Source: Octopus sinensis (Eukaryota). From it: a stretch of 64,000 bases of DNA. The translations under genes were made by a program, and so were the position numbers. The DNA lies in NCBI RefSeq assembly GCF_006345805.1, contig NC_042997.1, positions 15,934,001 through 15,998,000 of the forward strand. The letters are read 5' to 3'. Shown in pieces: positions 28,124 to 42,150 of this stretch; positions within the stretch are counted from its first letter, which is position 1; each line of letters opens with the position of its first letter. The notes under the pieces were generated by a model that was not told the origin of the DNA, made no database searches, and saw only the letters and a list, made by a program, of their open reading frames with translations.

Positions 28124-28379
28124 ATTTGCTCTACAATCATAATTGAAAACACACGTTAAAAATCAAGGGTACAAGAAAATTGAACTCAAGAATGAAGAGA
28201 ATATAAAAAACCTCAACCCTACACGAAATCCTGGATTCTTTTCATGATTTAGTCTCCGTCTACACACTTTAATAATGACATATTTTGTCTTCCCTTAATC
28301 TTTTATTGATTTCAGCCATTTTGACTGTGGCCATACTGGGGCATAGCCTAGGAGGCTTATAGTCGAACAGATTGTTTCT

Positions 28380-28550
28380 ATTATTCTTTTACTTGTTTCA
28401 GTCATTTGACTGCGGCCATGCTGGAAGAAATCGACCTCAGGATTTATTCTTTGTAAGCCTAGTACTTATTCTATCGTTATCTTTTGCCGAACCGCAAAGT
28501 TATGGGGAAACAAACAAACCGGCATCGGTTGTTAAGCGATGGTAGGGGTA

Positions 28551-28586
<36 letters not shown>

Positions 28587-28742
28587 TACATTCATACGAC
28601 GGGCTTCTTTTAGTTTCCATCTACTAAATCTTTTCACAAGACTTTGTTCGGCCCGAAACTATAGTAGAAGATACTTGCCCAAGTAAGACTGAACCCGGAA
28701 CCATGTGGTGAGAAGCAAGCTTCTTACCACACAGCCACACCT
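28380..28742 (-). mobile_element. SINE family A, diverged
   Basis: Matches the family on the minus strand. Confidence 0.85.
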
Positions 28743-28856
28743 TACTAGTCTTTAGTTTTGGGTTTGGTACTTATTCTATCGGGGTTTTTTTGCCCAAACT
28801 ATAGGTTACAGTCAAGCAACACGTGGAGGGCAACCCCCACACACCCACTCTAAAGC

Positions 28857-28913
<57 letters not shown>

Positions 28914-29530
28914 GTGTTCCATGCCTTTTTCTCTATCAAATTCACTCTCAAGGCATTGGTTAGCCCGGGACTACAGTTTAAGGTAGTTGACCAAGGTATC
29001 ACACAGTGGAACCGAACCCGAAACAATGAGGCTGCAAAGCGAGCTTCCTAACTACACACCCATGTCTGTGTCTAATTTATCTATTTTAGAGCAAGACCTA
29101 GAAATATTTTATTGGATTAGGTTAATTATTTAAAGTTTAATTGTCTCCTCGAGATAGCAAATTAGCAGAATCGTTCGAGCATCGAACAAAGTGATCACGG
29201 TATTTAGTTACGGCCCTTTACGAAATGAAGTTTGCCTTTCATCCCTTCGAGGTCGATATAACAATTAATAAAATCGATTAATTTTCCTATAAAATATTCT
29301 AGATATAAATGGAATACATATAATAGACCTACTAGATATAGCGTTGACTGTAATGAATCTGAATAAGACTCAACCTGGTTCAAATAGCAATCTTTTGGTT
29401 GTTGAATTCATATATATATCTTAAAGACATAATGGTGGATCTCCGTCGTAAGACGCTGAAGATTTAGTTGGTCTATCGACTGAATTACCTGCCCTTGAAT
29501 TAATCTGTAAGTAGCCGAGCACTCCATGGA

Positions 29531-29880
29531 TACGAGGTGTATTCCAGAAACATTGAGACTTTTTAAGGAGAGATATTTATTCATTTCAAATGAGTACAAA
29601 ACCTTAATCTCCTTCAAAGAAGGATCCTCTAACTTTAATGTTCTTTTAGCACTGCTGCCACATCGGGGAGACCCCCATGGAAGATTTTCAAAGTGAAGGG
29701 GTCCGGGACCCTTGTCACAGCCTCCATCATCTTTCCAGTCTTCAAAACGATTATTCCTGAGGTTCTCCATCAGCTTGGTGAACGACCAAATGTCACAGAG
29801 ACTAAGGTCTGAACTGTAGCGAGGGTGAAGGACAGTTTTGGTACTTATGTCTGCCAAGTTGTTGGTTACCAGGATGGAAC
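29531..29880 (-). mobile_element. Mariner transposase 3' remnant with one TIR
   Basis: HPRYSSDLSLCDIWSFTKLMENLR (mariner HPPYSPDLAPxD); TACGAGG terminus at 29531. Confidence 0.8.
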
Positions 29881-30057
29881 AGTGAGAAACTGTTTTCAGT
29901 AGGCCGTGACAAGCCGTGTTTAGTAGTGTGTGTCCAAAGTGTGGAATAAAAAGTTGGCAGGTCAGCTTATTAGATGTATAGTAGTGATATACTATAATTT
30001 AGGACAATAATAATTGCTTCTCCTAAAACGCCTCAAAACCTCAAGAATAAACCTTGT

Positions 30058-30280
30058 ACTCTCTCTTTACTCTTTTACTTGTTTCAGTCATTTGACTGCG
30101 GCCATGCTGGAGCACCACCTTTAATCGAGCAACTCGACCCCGGGACTTATTCTTTTGTAAGCCCAGTACTTATTCTATCGGTCTCTTTTGCCTAACCGCT
30201 AAGTGACGGGGACGTAAACACACCAGCATCGGTTGTTAAGCAATGCTAGGGGGACAAACACAGACACACAAACACACACA

Positions 30281-30352
<72 letters not shown>

Positions 30353-30517
30353 CGACAGGCTTCTTTCAGTTTCCGTCTACCAAATCCACTCACAAGGCAT
30401 TGGTCGGCCCGGGGCTATAGCAGAAGACACTTGCCCAAGATGCCACGTAGTGGGACTGAACCCGGAACCATGTGGTTGGTTAGCAAGCTACTTACCACAC
30501 AGCCACTCCTGCGCCTA
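30058..30517 (-). mobile_element. SINE family A full length
   Basis: Matches the family. Confidence 0.92.
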
Positions 30518-30992
30518 TACGTGAACCTTTAGCATAATTCTTTGACAGAGTCAGTGTGACCTTGTGTATACCAAGGCAGTACATACTGGAATTAGAAGTG
30601 CAATCCACCCGGCGGGATTCTATGCAGTTTCCAACTATTCTGTTTCACTCACACGGTATGAGTCGACTCGTAAATAAAAACTGTCAAAGATTACACACTG
30701 GGGATCGAACACCATGGTTGAATACCTTGAGGACTGCGAAGCGAACTTTTTAACTATTCAGTCATAGTCCACTTACCTCAGTGTCATAATCCCAATATCA
30801 TTTTAACGATAATCTTTTATCTTAAACTTGTTTCAGCCAATGATCTGCGGCTTTGCTGGGGTATCACCTTGAAGGATTTCGGTCCAAGAAATTCACCCCT
30901 GTACTTACTTTTAAAAAGTCTGGTATCTATTCTATTGGTGTGTGATGCCGAACCACTAAACACTCAAGCGGGTGGGAGGCAAATACATACAT

Positions 30993-31050
<58 letters not shown>

Positions 31051-31118
31051 ATATATATATATAACAAATTTGCCTGTATTTTTCCTGCGTTGAAATACAC
31101 ACCCTCTTTTGTTTATAA

Positions 31119-31161
<43 letters not shown>

Positions 31162-31375
31162 TGTGTGTGTGTTGTGTGTGTGTGTGTGGGTGTGTGTTGT
31201 GTGTGTGTGTGTGGTGTGTGTGTGTGTATGCGTGTGTGTGTGTGTGTGTGTGTATTGTGTGTATGTGTATGTGTGTGTGTGTGTGCGTGTGCGTGTGTGT
31301 ATGTAAGAGATAGTGGTGCAGATAATCATGATTAGATTTGATATACTCACACATACATTCACATACCAACACACA

Positions 31376-31409
<34 letters not shown>

Positions 31410-31639
31410 TATATATATAGGGATATATATAGATGCGAAAGCTAAATATATTCAGTAGACAAACACAAGCAGATCACTATCTTCATACCAGGTCACCTGG
31501 ATATATTTTATTGCCACTCATGACTCTGTGGACCTTGTCCTCGATAAAGACGTCTGAGTTTAAGTTCAAATCATTCAAGCTCTATTACGTGTTTTCTATA
31601 CTGTAGATCGCAATCGCACCTGTTGACTGTGTGTATATG

Positions 31640-31697
<58 letters not shown>

Positions 31698-32303
31698 CCA
31701 AAGTGTACCTACGCTGCTATATATATATCTATAAAAAATACAAAATGGGACAAGAGCGCAAAACATCCAGACAGTTAGGTGTTACAAAAAAGGGGACAAC
31801 AAAACATCCAATTTGACAATTTTCGATATGTTGGCATGTGAAGCAGATGGAGATACGATAGTTTTACCAAAAGAACCGGCCATTGCAAGCAAAAATAAAT
31901 ATTGAAAAAACGCATTTGACCAAATGACAGTTCAACATAATAGCAACGATATATACACATACATATGTACATTCATACGATGGGGTTCCAAACAGTTATC
32001 TTTTACCAAATTCACTCACAAGTCATTGCTTGTCTCGGAGCTATAGTAGAAAACACTTGCCCAAGTTACCGCGTAGTGGGACTGAACCGGAAACCGCGTG
32101 GTTGCAAAGCGAGTTTCTTAATGATGCCACCACGTTGCATCTATAAATATCCTTTCCTTTAGAATTAATTAAAAAAAACTTTGCTGTGAGGTCTCTTGCA
32201 TAATTTTCATTCTCTGATAAATTATTTGATATTAGAAGTCCATACCATTGGGTTAGTCGGTTCTTGAATATTCATAGAGAGAGAGATCAGCAATTTACAT
32301 CCG

Positions 32304-32729
32304 TAGGAGTGGCTGTGTGGTAAGTAGCCTGCTTACAAACCACATAGTTCCGGGTTCATTCCCACTGCGTGGCACCTTGGGCAAGTGTCTCTACTATAGT
32401 CTCGGGCCGACCAAAGACTTGTGAATGGATTTGGTAGACGGAAACTGAAATAAGCCCGTCGTATATATATATAATATATATATATATATTATATATATAT
32501 ATATATATGTGAGTGTATATGTTTGTGCATCTGTGTTTGTCCCCCCCCCCAACATCGCTTGACAACTGATGCTGGTGTGTTTACATCCCCGTAACCTAGC
32601 AGTTCGGCAAAAGAGACCGATAGAATAAGTACTAGGCTTACAAAGAATAAGTCCTGGGGTCGATTTGCTCAACTAAAGGCGGTGCTCCAGCATGGTCACA
32701 GTCAAATGACTGAAACAACTAAAAGAGTA
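32304..32729 (+). mobile_element. SINE family A
   Basis: Matches the family. Confidence 0.9.
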
Positions 32730-32787
32730 TTACTTCATGGGTCTCCATCTGCACCGTAATCGAAAATTGCCACCGCCATTTCGCTAT

Positions 32788-32819
<32 letters not shown>

Positions 32820-33069
32820 ACTACTCTCTTCACAATCACCACCATTACTATCACCAACATCGCCAGTTCTGAATACTAATATCACAAGCCCTAACTCTTT
32901 TATGACTACTAACACTATACTACTGCTTCTACTATAAAAAATACTACCAATACCGCTATCTTTAACACCAGTATTACTATTACTAACATCCCCACCAACA
33001 CCATTACCCTCACCATGTACCAAACAACTACGAAACATGATTTCCCAGCACTGCCAATACCATCATCAT

Positions 33070-33452
33070 TAGCAACAGTACTACTACTACCACCACCACC
33101 ACTGTCACCCTCACCACCATCACCACCACCACCACCACCACCACCACTACCACCATCACCACCACTATCGCCGCCGTCATCAACATCGATATCACTACTG
33201 CCGCCGTCACCACCACCACCACCACCACACCACCACCACCACCACCACCACAACCACTACTATCAACGCCATTTCACTCTCACCACTACTACCACCACCA
33301 CTACCACCACCATCACCGCCGCCGCCACTACAACTACCGCCGCCACCATCACCATCACCACCACCACTACCACCATCCAACACCACCCCACCCGACCCCC
33401 ACTACCACCAACACCACCAACACCGCCACCGCCGCCGCCACCACCACCACCA
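33070..33452. repeat. (CAC)n-rich low-complexity tract
   Basis: Degenerate trinucleotide repeat. Confidence 0.9.
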
Positions 33453-35111
33453 CTTACAGTCGTCCAACCCCTCCAACTCTACGTTCTATTTAAACATCTG
33501 TGCCTCCATTCTGCCGCTGTCTTATTTGACATGTTACAGAGGTCGGATGTCAGCAGATATGGAACACTGATCTATGTACTTCTTTATGTGGTGTGCCTCT
33601 CTGTCTCTCTCTACATGTACATACTCATGCCAATCTATATGTGTGTGTACGTATGCGTACGTTCGTTTCTGTGTCACCTAACGTACGTGTCTGTCTGTCT
33701 ATGCATATGTGTGTGTGTGTGTGTGTGTGTGTGGTTTCCGTGTTAACCGATGTGCGCAGTATGTATGTACGTATATATGTGTATGTGTATGACTGTATGT
33801 CCCATTGTGTGTACATGTCTATGTATATATCCGTATGTATATGCATGTACGGCCGTAGTATGCGTATGCATGTGAGTGAGTTCTCTGTCATTTAATGTTA
33901 GTGTATCTGGGTTATCTATGCGAGCGTATGAATGAATTTATGTGTATTTGTACCTATACATACATACATACATACATACATACATTCGTGTGTGTATATA
34001 TACTTATATGTATATATATAATATATATAGAAATGTGTGTAAGTATATAAATCTGGAGGGTTGAAAAGTTGGATATCTTGCGGCTTCCAGAACCATTTTC
34101 TTCAGGTTAAAACTTTACCCAACCTATTTCTCGAAACCCTACGCCCTAATTTCCCACTCTACCATAAATATTATCATCTTCAACAAATCTATTAAAATCT
34201 CATACTTTGTAACCCAAAAGTTAGGATCTATAATTGCTACTGCCAATGGGCGTAAACTCGGCCACCTTATTGCGGACCTTATGAACAATTCATTTCGCCC
34301 TCACCCTGACTCGGTCAATGCTAATACTATAAGTTTAGAGAATCGTACCCATTTTAATACTCGCAGTGTTGGCACCATTCCACCTGGTTCATATAACCGT
34401 AACACTTGTGACTACGGTAATACCCATTCCAAGCTTTAAACTGGAAATGATAACACCTCCGATCCTTCTTCGGGGATAAATGATCATATGAATCAGGATA
34501 GAGTGGAGATTAAGTATAAACCCACCAATTGCGGTATCCTGCAATTGTCAATAATGTCCGTTAGATTGATTTTGTTTACGCTCTTACGTGGTGTGTAAAT
34601 GTTGGGTCATAACCCCACGTTCCCACCAGGCTAGGGTCTATATTGGGGGCACCATTGATTTCAAGCGTAACTATCTGGCTCACCTGAACTCATTCTCAAA
34701 TAGAGCCTCTAAATTCTCTAACTCTATAACTACATACGCTTCAAGTCCTAGGACATTCCTGCTCTGAGGCTATCCCATAAAATGCTATTTTTTTTGTAAT
34801 TTATGTTACGGTGAATCGCTCTCTATTCTACGCCACTGTAATACCATATTACTCAATAGGTTCTCTGAGATAATCTTCTCCTGTAAACATAAGTTTTATT
34901 CCACATTTGCTCATTATATAAAGTCTTTATAATTTCTCTTAATTGTGGCTAAATTTTTACTTTTTATTCTAGTATGTAAATACCAATTTTCATTCTCCAT
35001 GTAGCCTATTTTCCCCTCTCGCTACCCCCACCACTATTACTTTACCTCAATGCTTAACTCTTCCTGCCTTTGGTCAGTTGACATGCCCAACTGCTTTATT
35101 GTCTGCTTAAC

Positions 35112-35154
<43 letters not shown>

Positions 35155-35849
35155 TAATAATAATAATAATAATAATATAATAATAAATTATATATATATG
35201 CATATAAGAGTACAGGTCGTCATCAACTGTGCAGACAACATGAAATACGTAAACAACGAGAGAATAAAATAGAAAACAGGGCAAGTAATCACAGAGAAAG
35301 GACCCTTCATCAGTTGTCGGCTGTCTATCTATTTCTCATTTCGAGTATTCAACCACAATATAAGTCTTCAAAGACAGTTGCTCCTATAAATCATAAAATT
35401 AATTTCGGATTTATGGAAGGACAAAGTTGGGAACAAAAACAGGACAGTGGAGACATACAAGGAGTCCGAACGAAAACATACATGGAGGGTCGTTAGACCA
35501 GAATGAGAAAAAAATAATGAACGCTAGGAGAAATATTTTCTTTGAAAAGAGAAAAGATAGAAGAGAGGGAGAACAAAAGCGTCCACTCTTTCGGACGTCC
35601 TTGCAGGAAAAAGATGGTCACGTGAGGAAAAGAAATATGGATGATGATCACGTGTGAGCAATGAGAGAGAGAAAAAGAGAAAGAGGGGGAGAGAGAGAGA
35701 CAGAAAACAGTGAAAGAGTGAGGGGAGAAAAAGGGAATTAGAGAAGGATGGAGGAAGAAAACAGTAAAGGTAATATATACATACATATACATACATACAT
35801 ACATACATATATATATATATATATTTGTGCATCTTGATGTTGACATAAG

Positions 35850-35948
35850 TTCCTTGCTTTTCCTGATGAGAAAGCGGTATAATATACTCCTTATTCCTTC
35901 GCAATTAGGAATATGCAGCCTTCGAAACATATGTCGAAAATAAAGGAA
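35850..35948 (+). ncRNA. Type I hammerhead ribozyme, canonical core, long stem II
   Basis: TTCCTTgcTTTTC-CTGATGA-GAAAGC...GCCTTC-GAAA-CATATG-TC-GAAAAtaAAGGAA; in a ~155-bp insert between (TA)n runs. Confidence 0.8.
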
Positions 35949-35975
35949 TTTTGTTAATTCGTCGTTCAACTCCAT

Positions 35976-36057
<82 letters not shown>

Positions 36058-36260
36058 TATATATATAATATATATATATATATGTATGTGTGTATGTATA
36101 TCTTATACATGCCTATAACAAACTCTTTGCTATTTTCATATTTTAATTACTTGCTATCATATTGATATGATGAATATTTATTAGAAATATATCTTTTAGG
36201 ACCCCAAAAAATCTTGAATTGTTCTGCTTGAACTTATTCTTTCTCACACATACACACACA

Positions 36261-37063
36261 TTAAATAATGAGGGTAGTAATTGATATTAATCAATTAAAA
36301 TCAGTGGCTTAGCACATTTAAAAAATCCGAAGATTAAATATTATATTACATACAAAATTAAGAGGAATGACCACCAAAGTGGATTCCTAATATAGACGTC
36401 AAATCGCCATTACCACGAAGAGTGTGTTCTCAAGAAAAATTTCAGCAAAACACCAGAAATAAAAATGAGCAAGACAAATGAAAATATACGAAATAAGAAA
36501 CGATTATCTACGTACCATGATTTCGCTTGTCAATATTTACGAATGTAAATATCTGCAAGATCATCAGCATAGTCTGTCGTTTACAAAACACAATTTCCAG
36601 AACTAGACACAGAACGCTCACCCGAAAGAGACCATGTATAAAGTTATGCATGTTATTTTTGGGGGTATTTTTCAAATGTCTTCATTTTGGTGCGTTGAGG
36701 CCGGAAATAACTCTGCAGTTAATAAATTTCAGCAGCTAATTTACCGCTTAGAGAACATTAATATTCAAAAATTAAATAATAAGGGTAGAAATTGATATTA
36801 ATCAATTAAAACCAGTGGCTTAGCATATTTAAAAAATCCGAAGATTAAAAATTATATTACATATAAAATTAAGTGGAATGACCACCAAAGTGGACTCCCA
36901 ATATGCTAAATATAGACTTCGAATCGCCAGTCTTCCTCATTTTTACATTATGGTGTTTTACTGAAATTTTTCTCGAGAACACACTCTTCGTAGTAATGGC
37001 GATTTGACGTCTATATTTTGCAAATCAGGAGACCATCTTGGTGGTCATTCCTCTTAATTTTGT
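36261..37063 (-). mobile_element. Non-autonomous Penelope-type element with direct plus inverted terminal repeat
   Basis: Direct repeat ~36261-36395 / 36771-36920; inverted repeat ~36351-36455 / 36950-37063; internal hammerhead. Confidence 0.7.
36508..36572 (-). ncRNA. Type I hammerhead ribozyme (slightly decayed)
   Basis: rc: CTATG-CTGATGA-tCTTGcagATATTTACattcGTAAATATtgaCAAGc-GAAA-TCATGG-TA-CGTAG. Confidence 0.75.
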
Positions 37064-37319
37064 GTGTGTGTGTATATATATATATAGAATAAAACTTTAG
37101 AATAAAACTGGATCTCTTCCTGTCAGGTGTCCCAGATGAACCAACTTTACGGCAGAAGGTGCAGATGAGGGCAGCTGCATCGAACTCTCTCATGCACCAA
37201 ATAGCAGTTGCTAAAAAGCATTTGTGAAGTAAAATAATGTAGCAACACAAAATGGCGGTACCCCAGCATGGCCACAGCTCGTGAGCTGAAACTAGATAAA
37301 ATAAAAAAAAAAAAAAAAT

Positions 37320-37680
37320 GTGGCTGTGTGGTAAGTAGCTTGCTAACCAACCACACGGTTGCAGGTTCAGTCCCACTGCGTGGCATCTTGGGCAAGTGTC
37401 TTCTGCTATAGCCCCGGGCCGACCAATGCCTTGTGAGTGGATTTGGTAGACGGAAACTGAAAGAAGCCTGTCGTATATATGTATATATATGTATATGTGT
37501 GTGTGTTTGTGTGTCTGTGTTTGTCCCCCTAGCATTGCTTGACAACCGATGCTGGTGTGTTTAGGTCCCCGTCACTTAGCGGTTCGGCAAAAAGAGACCG
37601 ATAGAATAAGTACTAAAAGGTGGTGCTCCAGCATGGCCGCAGTCAAATGACTGAAACAAGTAAAAGAGAGTAAAAGAGTA
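37320..37680 (+). mobile_element. SINE family A
   Basis: Matches the family, small internal deletion. Confidence 0.9.
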
Positions 37681-37710
37681 TATATATATATATATATATA
37701 TATTATTTAT

Positions 37711-37992
37711 TCGCCCTTTTCAAGCCTAGCCAAGCTCATGGGACCAGTTTCCGGTTTCTGTGGCGTATGTGTTCCCCACCAGTTGAACGGGACGCCAGTC
37801 CATCGCAGCGTTACTCAAGAAGCAGGAAGAAATAGTGAGAGAAAGTTGGGGCGAAAGAGTACAACAGGGGTCGCCACCACCACCTGCTGGAGCCTCGTGG
37901 AGCTTTAGGGTGTTTTTCGCTCAATAAACACATACAACGCCCAGTCTGGGAATCGAAACCGCGATCCTTGACCACTTGGTCATTGCGCCTCC

Positions 37993-37993
<1 letters not shown>
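37711..37993 (-). mobile_element. SINE group C (head 1 + tail 2)
   Basis: rc ggaggcgcaatg...gctgcgatggactggcgtcccg...aaaagggcg. Confidence 0.85.
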
Positions 37994-38039
<46 letters not shown>

Positions 38040-38064
38040 ATATTATATTATATTATATGTATGT

Positions 38065-38850
38065 TAATATAAAAGGGTAAAATTTATCAATTAAATTAAT
38101 TAATTAATCAATCAATTAATTAATAACTTTACCAAGTAGATTGGTAGGTTAAAATAACCTTTATAGGTAAAATTATACAAATATTTTATAATTATAAACA
38201 TAATTATAATTATAGTTCAGCTAATTGCTTCACCACATAACGAATTTAGAAATAGAAGTTTAAAATTCCTTTTCTACTACTGTAAGAATCTCTATGACAG
38301 TAACACACTTTTTTTACGTAGGCAAAGAGAAAAACAATGAATCGACACGACCAGGATTAACTACATACACGTTTCGAGATTAAAGTGCTTAAAAATTTAC
38401 TTACTTCACTCTTCAGTGTAGCATTTCCAATTATAAAAGTTGAAAGCACTAGGGTTAAATATGCACACGATCGAGCGACATCATGTAACAGATATCCAAC
38501 AAACACTCCCAAAATTTACACAGCCGAATGTGAATGCACTATTCATCCCCTATACCCAAGTGTATGCTACGAGCAGTACCGCAGAAAACTGCAGTATTCT
38601 ATCATGGAGTAAATCATAATTTTACATTAATAATAAATGGGTGAAATTTATCAATTAAATTAATTAATTAATCAATCAATTAATTAAAAAAATTAATTAA
38701 TTAAAAAAGTTTATTAATTAAAAAATGTGTGTTACTGTCATGGAGATTCTTACAGTAGTAGAAAAGGAATTTTTAACTCCTATTTCTAAATTCGGTATGT
38801 GGTGAAGCAATTAGCCGAACCATAATTATAATTGCTTATAGTTATACAAT
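38065..38850 (-). mobile_element. Non-autonomous Penelope-type element with direct plus inverted terminal repeat
   Basis: Direct repeat ~38070-38122 / 38635-38686; inverted repeat ~38185-38310 / 38725-38850; (TA)n on both sides; internal hammerhead. Confidence 0.7.
38360..38422 (-). ncRNA. Type I hammerhead ribozyme (stem II degraded)
   Basis: rc: GCTACA-CTGAAGA-G...C-GAAA-CGTG-TA-TGTAGT. Confidence 0.65.
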
Positions 38851-38855
38851 ATATG

Positions 38856-38902
<47 letters not shown>

Positions 38903-39744
38903 TATGTATATATATATATTAATATATGCATTTGTATGTATGTCCTAATCTCAAAACTGCTTTATAAGCTGCTGTTCTATGTTATTGATAGGAGAAGGAA
39001 TCCAGGAACGTCTTTCCTAAGGAAGAGTCAACGAACAGTGGAACAGTCCGCGAGGAAACCCTTCTTTCCGGACTTTATTCGTGTAGGAATAATGTATTCA
39101 CATTCTTATTTAAACCACAGAAAGGTTTTGTAATATTTTAATTTATTTCAGTTCTGTTTTATGTTATGTTGCGTGTAATAAATACATGAATATATAAATA
39201 TATGAATGTATAAATACATACATACATACATACATACATACATACATACATACATACATACATACATACATACATACATACATACATACATACATACATA
39301 ATGTGTGTACATGTGGTTCTGAACACACAAAAATATCTTCTGCTATGTATAACTACTAACACATTACTTAGTGGACATGTGTTGTTGTTGTTGTTGTTGT
39401 TGTTAAACAACAAGACGGGTAAGTGTGAGGTGATGGTCTAGGGCTTAGGGGCGGGAGACCCCAGACCTTGGAAAAAAAAACTTTGGTCGTCTTGTTGTAG
39501 TCGAGGGCTCTTCGTTGACGCCTGACACCACTGGGAGGAGGTGGCCCTCGAAGTCGCTGGAAATGGAGATCTCCAGGTTCAAATTCTTGAACGGCTAGTG
39601 GATATATGTGTGTATGTAGGTGCATATGGTATGTATCTGATTAAGCATGTCTTGATAAATTCTTTCATTAATTTATATGGTTCAGTCATTCTAGGGCAGC
39701 TATGCTGGAGTAGTATCTTGAAGAATTTCATCGAGGTATTATAT

Positions 39745-39899
39745 GAGCGGCTGTGTGGTAAGAAACTTGCTTCCCACCCACGTGGTTCTGGGTTCAGTCC
39801 CACTGCGTGGAACCTTGGGCAAGTGTTTTCTACTATAGCCTCGAGCCGACCAAAGCCTTGTGAGCGGATTTGGTAGATAGAAACTGAAAGAAGATCGTC

Positions 39900-39947
<48 letters not shown>

Positions 39948-40150
39948 GTGTGTGTGTGTGTGTTTTTGCCCCACCATTGCTTGACAACCGATGTTCGTGT
40001 GTTTACGTCCCCGTAACTTAGCAGTTCGGCATAACTCACCGACAGAATAAGTACTAGGTTTACAAAGAATAAGTCCCGGGGTCGATTTGTTCGACTAAAG
40101 GTGGTGCTCCAGCATGGCCGCAGTCAAATTACTGAAACAAGTATAAGAGG
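39745..40150 (+). mobile_element. SINE family A
   Basis: Matches the family. Confidence 0.88.
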
Positions 40151-40739
40151 ATTTTAGGTTATTAACTGCCTAGTTAGAGAGTGCAGGTTAGCACCCACGA
40201 ATTAATTTTTTTTAAGAGGCGTTGAGACTGTTTGTAGGAAGAGAGGTAGTTATTAAAATGGAGACTTGACCCGAAAGCTTGCAACAATGTAGACTCCATC
40301 AAAAGAACCCAAGAACTACTTAGAGATATTAATCTAGGTGACTGGTTAAATCTACCACCAACATATATGTGTACGTCTTTTACTATCTTCGCTTGTCACT
40401 TTTCACATGTATATTTATGTGTCTACATGTTTCTGCTGTGCGCATGTATGTATACGCCTATACACGCACACATGTATTAAAGCATATGCATAACATTGGC
40501 ATGGCTGAACGATTAAACAGTTTACTTCGTTGTGATCAACTCCTTGGTTTCGATCCCTCTTCATAGAATCTCGGGACGGCAAGGGGCACAGTAGTGGCAC
40601 CCACTTTTGCAACTGGGATTCTTTGATCAAAATATCTATATCAGAGCCAGTATTTCCAATCACGTTTAAAAGAAATTTGAAAACGATTTCTGAATGAATT
40701 TCCTATGTTGGAACAGAAATAAGGCAAACCACACAGAAT

Positions 40740-41607
40740 TCCACATATCACTTAATAACATTCATGAATCGTCCGATTTATAATAAAACTAATTGAAAAC
40801 GAACTTTCTCTTCTGGATACTTTTATAATTAAGGGAAATGAGATTATTACAGCTGATTTCTACTGCAAAAACACGGACACGTACTAATACTTAGACTTTA
40901 GATCTTGCTATTTATCCAGTACTAAAACAATGTCGCTTTTAATATGGCCAGATACGTAAGAATTAAAGAGTCAAGTACACGAGAGATACAATTGGCAGAA
41001 CTAGAAATATTTCTCTAAAGATTAAAGTACGCGAAAACTTAATAAATAATACCATAGCCAAAGCAAAATAAACTGCAATCTCTAATTCACAGAGATACTC
41101 TCATTGTACGTTCGGCCAAACGATGCTGTCCAATTCCAAGTCATCAAATCAAAGAGAAATCCTTAAATAATTACAAAATATTTACAGTCCAAGGGAACCA
41201 CCTATTATTAAAAGACTCATAACAATGGCAAAATTTGAGTCGGAAAAGGAATGCAGTGAGCAACAAAATATGAAAACCCTTTTTAAGGCACGTAGAATTT
41301 AATTGAATTGGTTAAAATCAAAGAGTTCAAGACAGGAAACGAATTAAAGCTTAATGCAGAAACACGAGTCGCAAAACAAAAAATCATATTTACTGTCTAC
41401 AATGCAAGGAAAACAATATCGATTAACCGGAAACAAAATTAAGAGAGCGAGTTAGAATATGTTCCATATAGTGAAGATCTAGACACTTGTACAAATGAAA
41501 GATTCAAAATATTTCCCTTTTTCAAAATAAAAGATTATCAATTACAAAAATTATATCAAAAATACGTTATAACGATTTTCAACCCGAAACTAAACCAGAA
41601 TAAGTGA
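40740..41607 (+). pseudogene. Decayed Penelope-like element ORF (RT thumb plus GIY-YIG endonuclease)
   Basis: Reads ENELSLLDTFII..TADFYCKNTDTY*YLDFRSC (PLE LPFLD..TDIYxKPT..YLxFxSCHP), later CLQCKEN and FKIFPFFK..IFNPKLN*; many stops and frameshifts. Confidence 0.75.
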
Positions 41608-41750
41608 CAACCTCTATGAAAACGGAATCACTACTGTACGAATTACCTTATACCACGTGTATTTGAATTACTGGAGACATTTGAAATGATGAAGACAACA
41701 AAACAGTTACGCAGAAACATCAGTTCTGCGTTAATCTGTTTTTTTAAAGA

Positions 41751-42150
41751 AAGGCTGCGAGCTGGCAGAAACGTTAGCGCGCCGGGCGAAATACTTAGCG
41801 GTATTTCGTCTGCCGCTACGTTCTGAGTTCAAATTCCGCCGAGGTCGACTTTGCCTTTCATCCTTTCGGGGTCGATTAAATAAGTACCAGTTACGCACTG
41901 GGGTCGATATAATCGACTTAATCCGTTTGTCTGTCCTTGTTTGTCCTCTCTGTGTGTAGCCCCTTGTGGGCAGTAAAGAAACATGTATTTCGTCTATCTT
42001 TATGTTCTGAGTTCAAATTCCGCCGAGGTCGACTTTGCCATTCATCCTTTCAGGGTCGATAAAATAAGTACCAGTTGCATACTGGGGTCAATCCAATCGA
42101 CTGATCCCCGCCCCCAAAATTTCAGGCCTTGTGCCTAAATCAGAAAAGAA
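41751..42150 (+). mobile_element. SINE family B dimer
   Basis: Full copy plus a headless copy with the alternative tail. Confidence 0.9.

Noticed and set aside
33452-33575. Minus-strand GTAAGT donor with a possible exon
   Set aside because: Stops in all three frames and no clear acceptor; a UTR exon cannot be shown without transcripts
32915-33746. Pro/Thr/His-rich ORFs
   Set aside because: (CAC)n and (TG)n low complexity, no domain
35290-35385. CTGATGA on the minus strand at ~35306-35312 as a hammerhead
   Set aside because: No downstream GAAA or stem set could be paired; the permuted form is unconvincing
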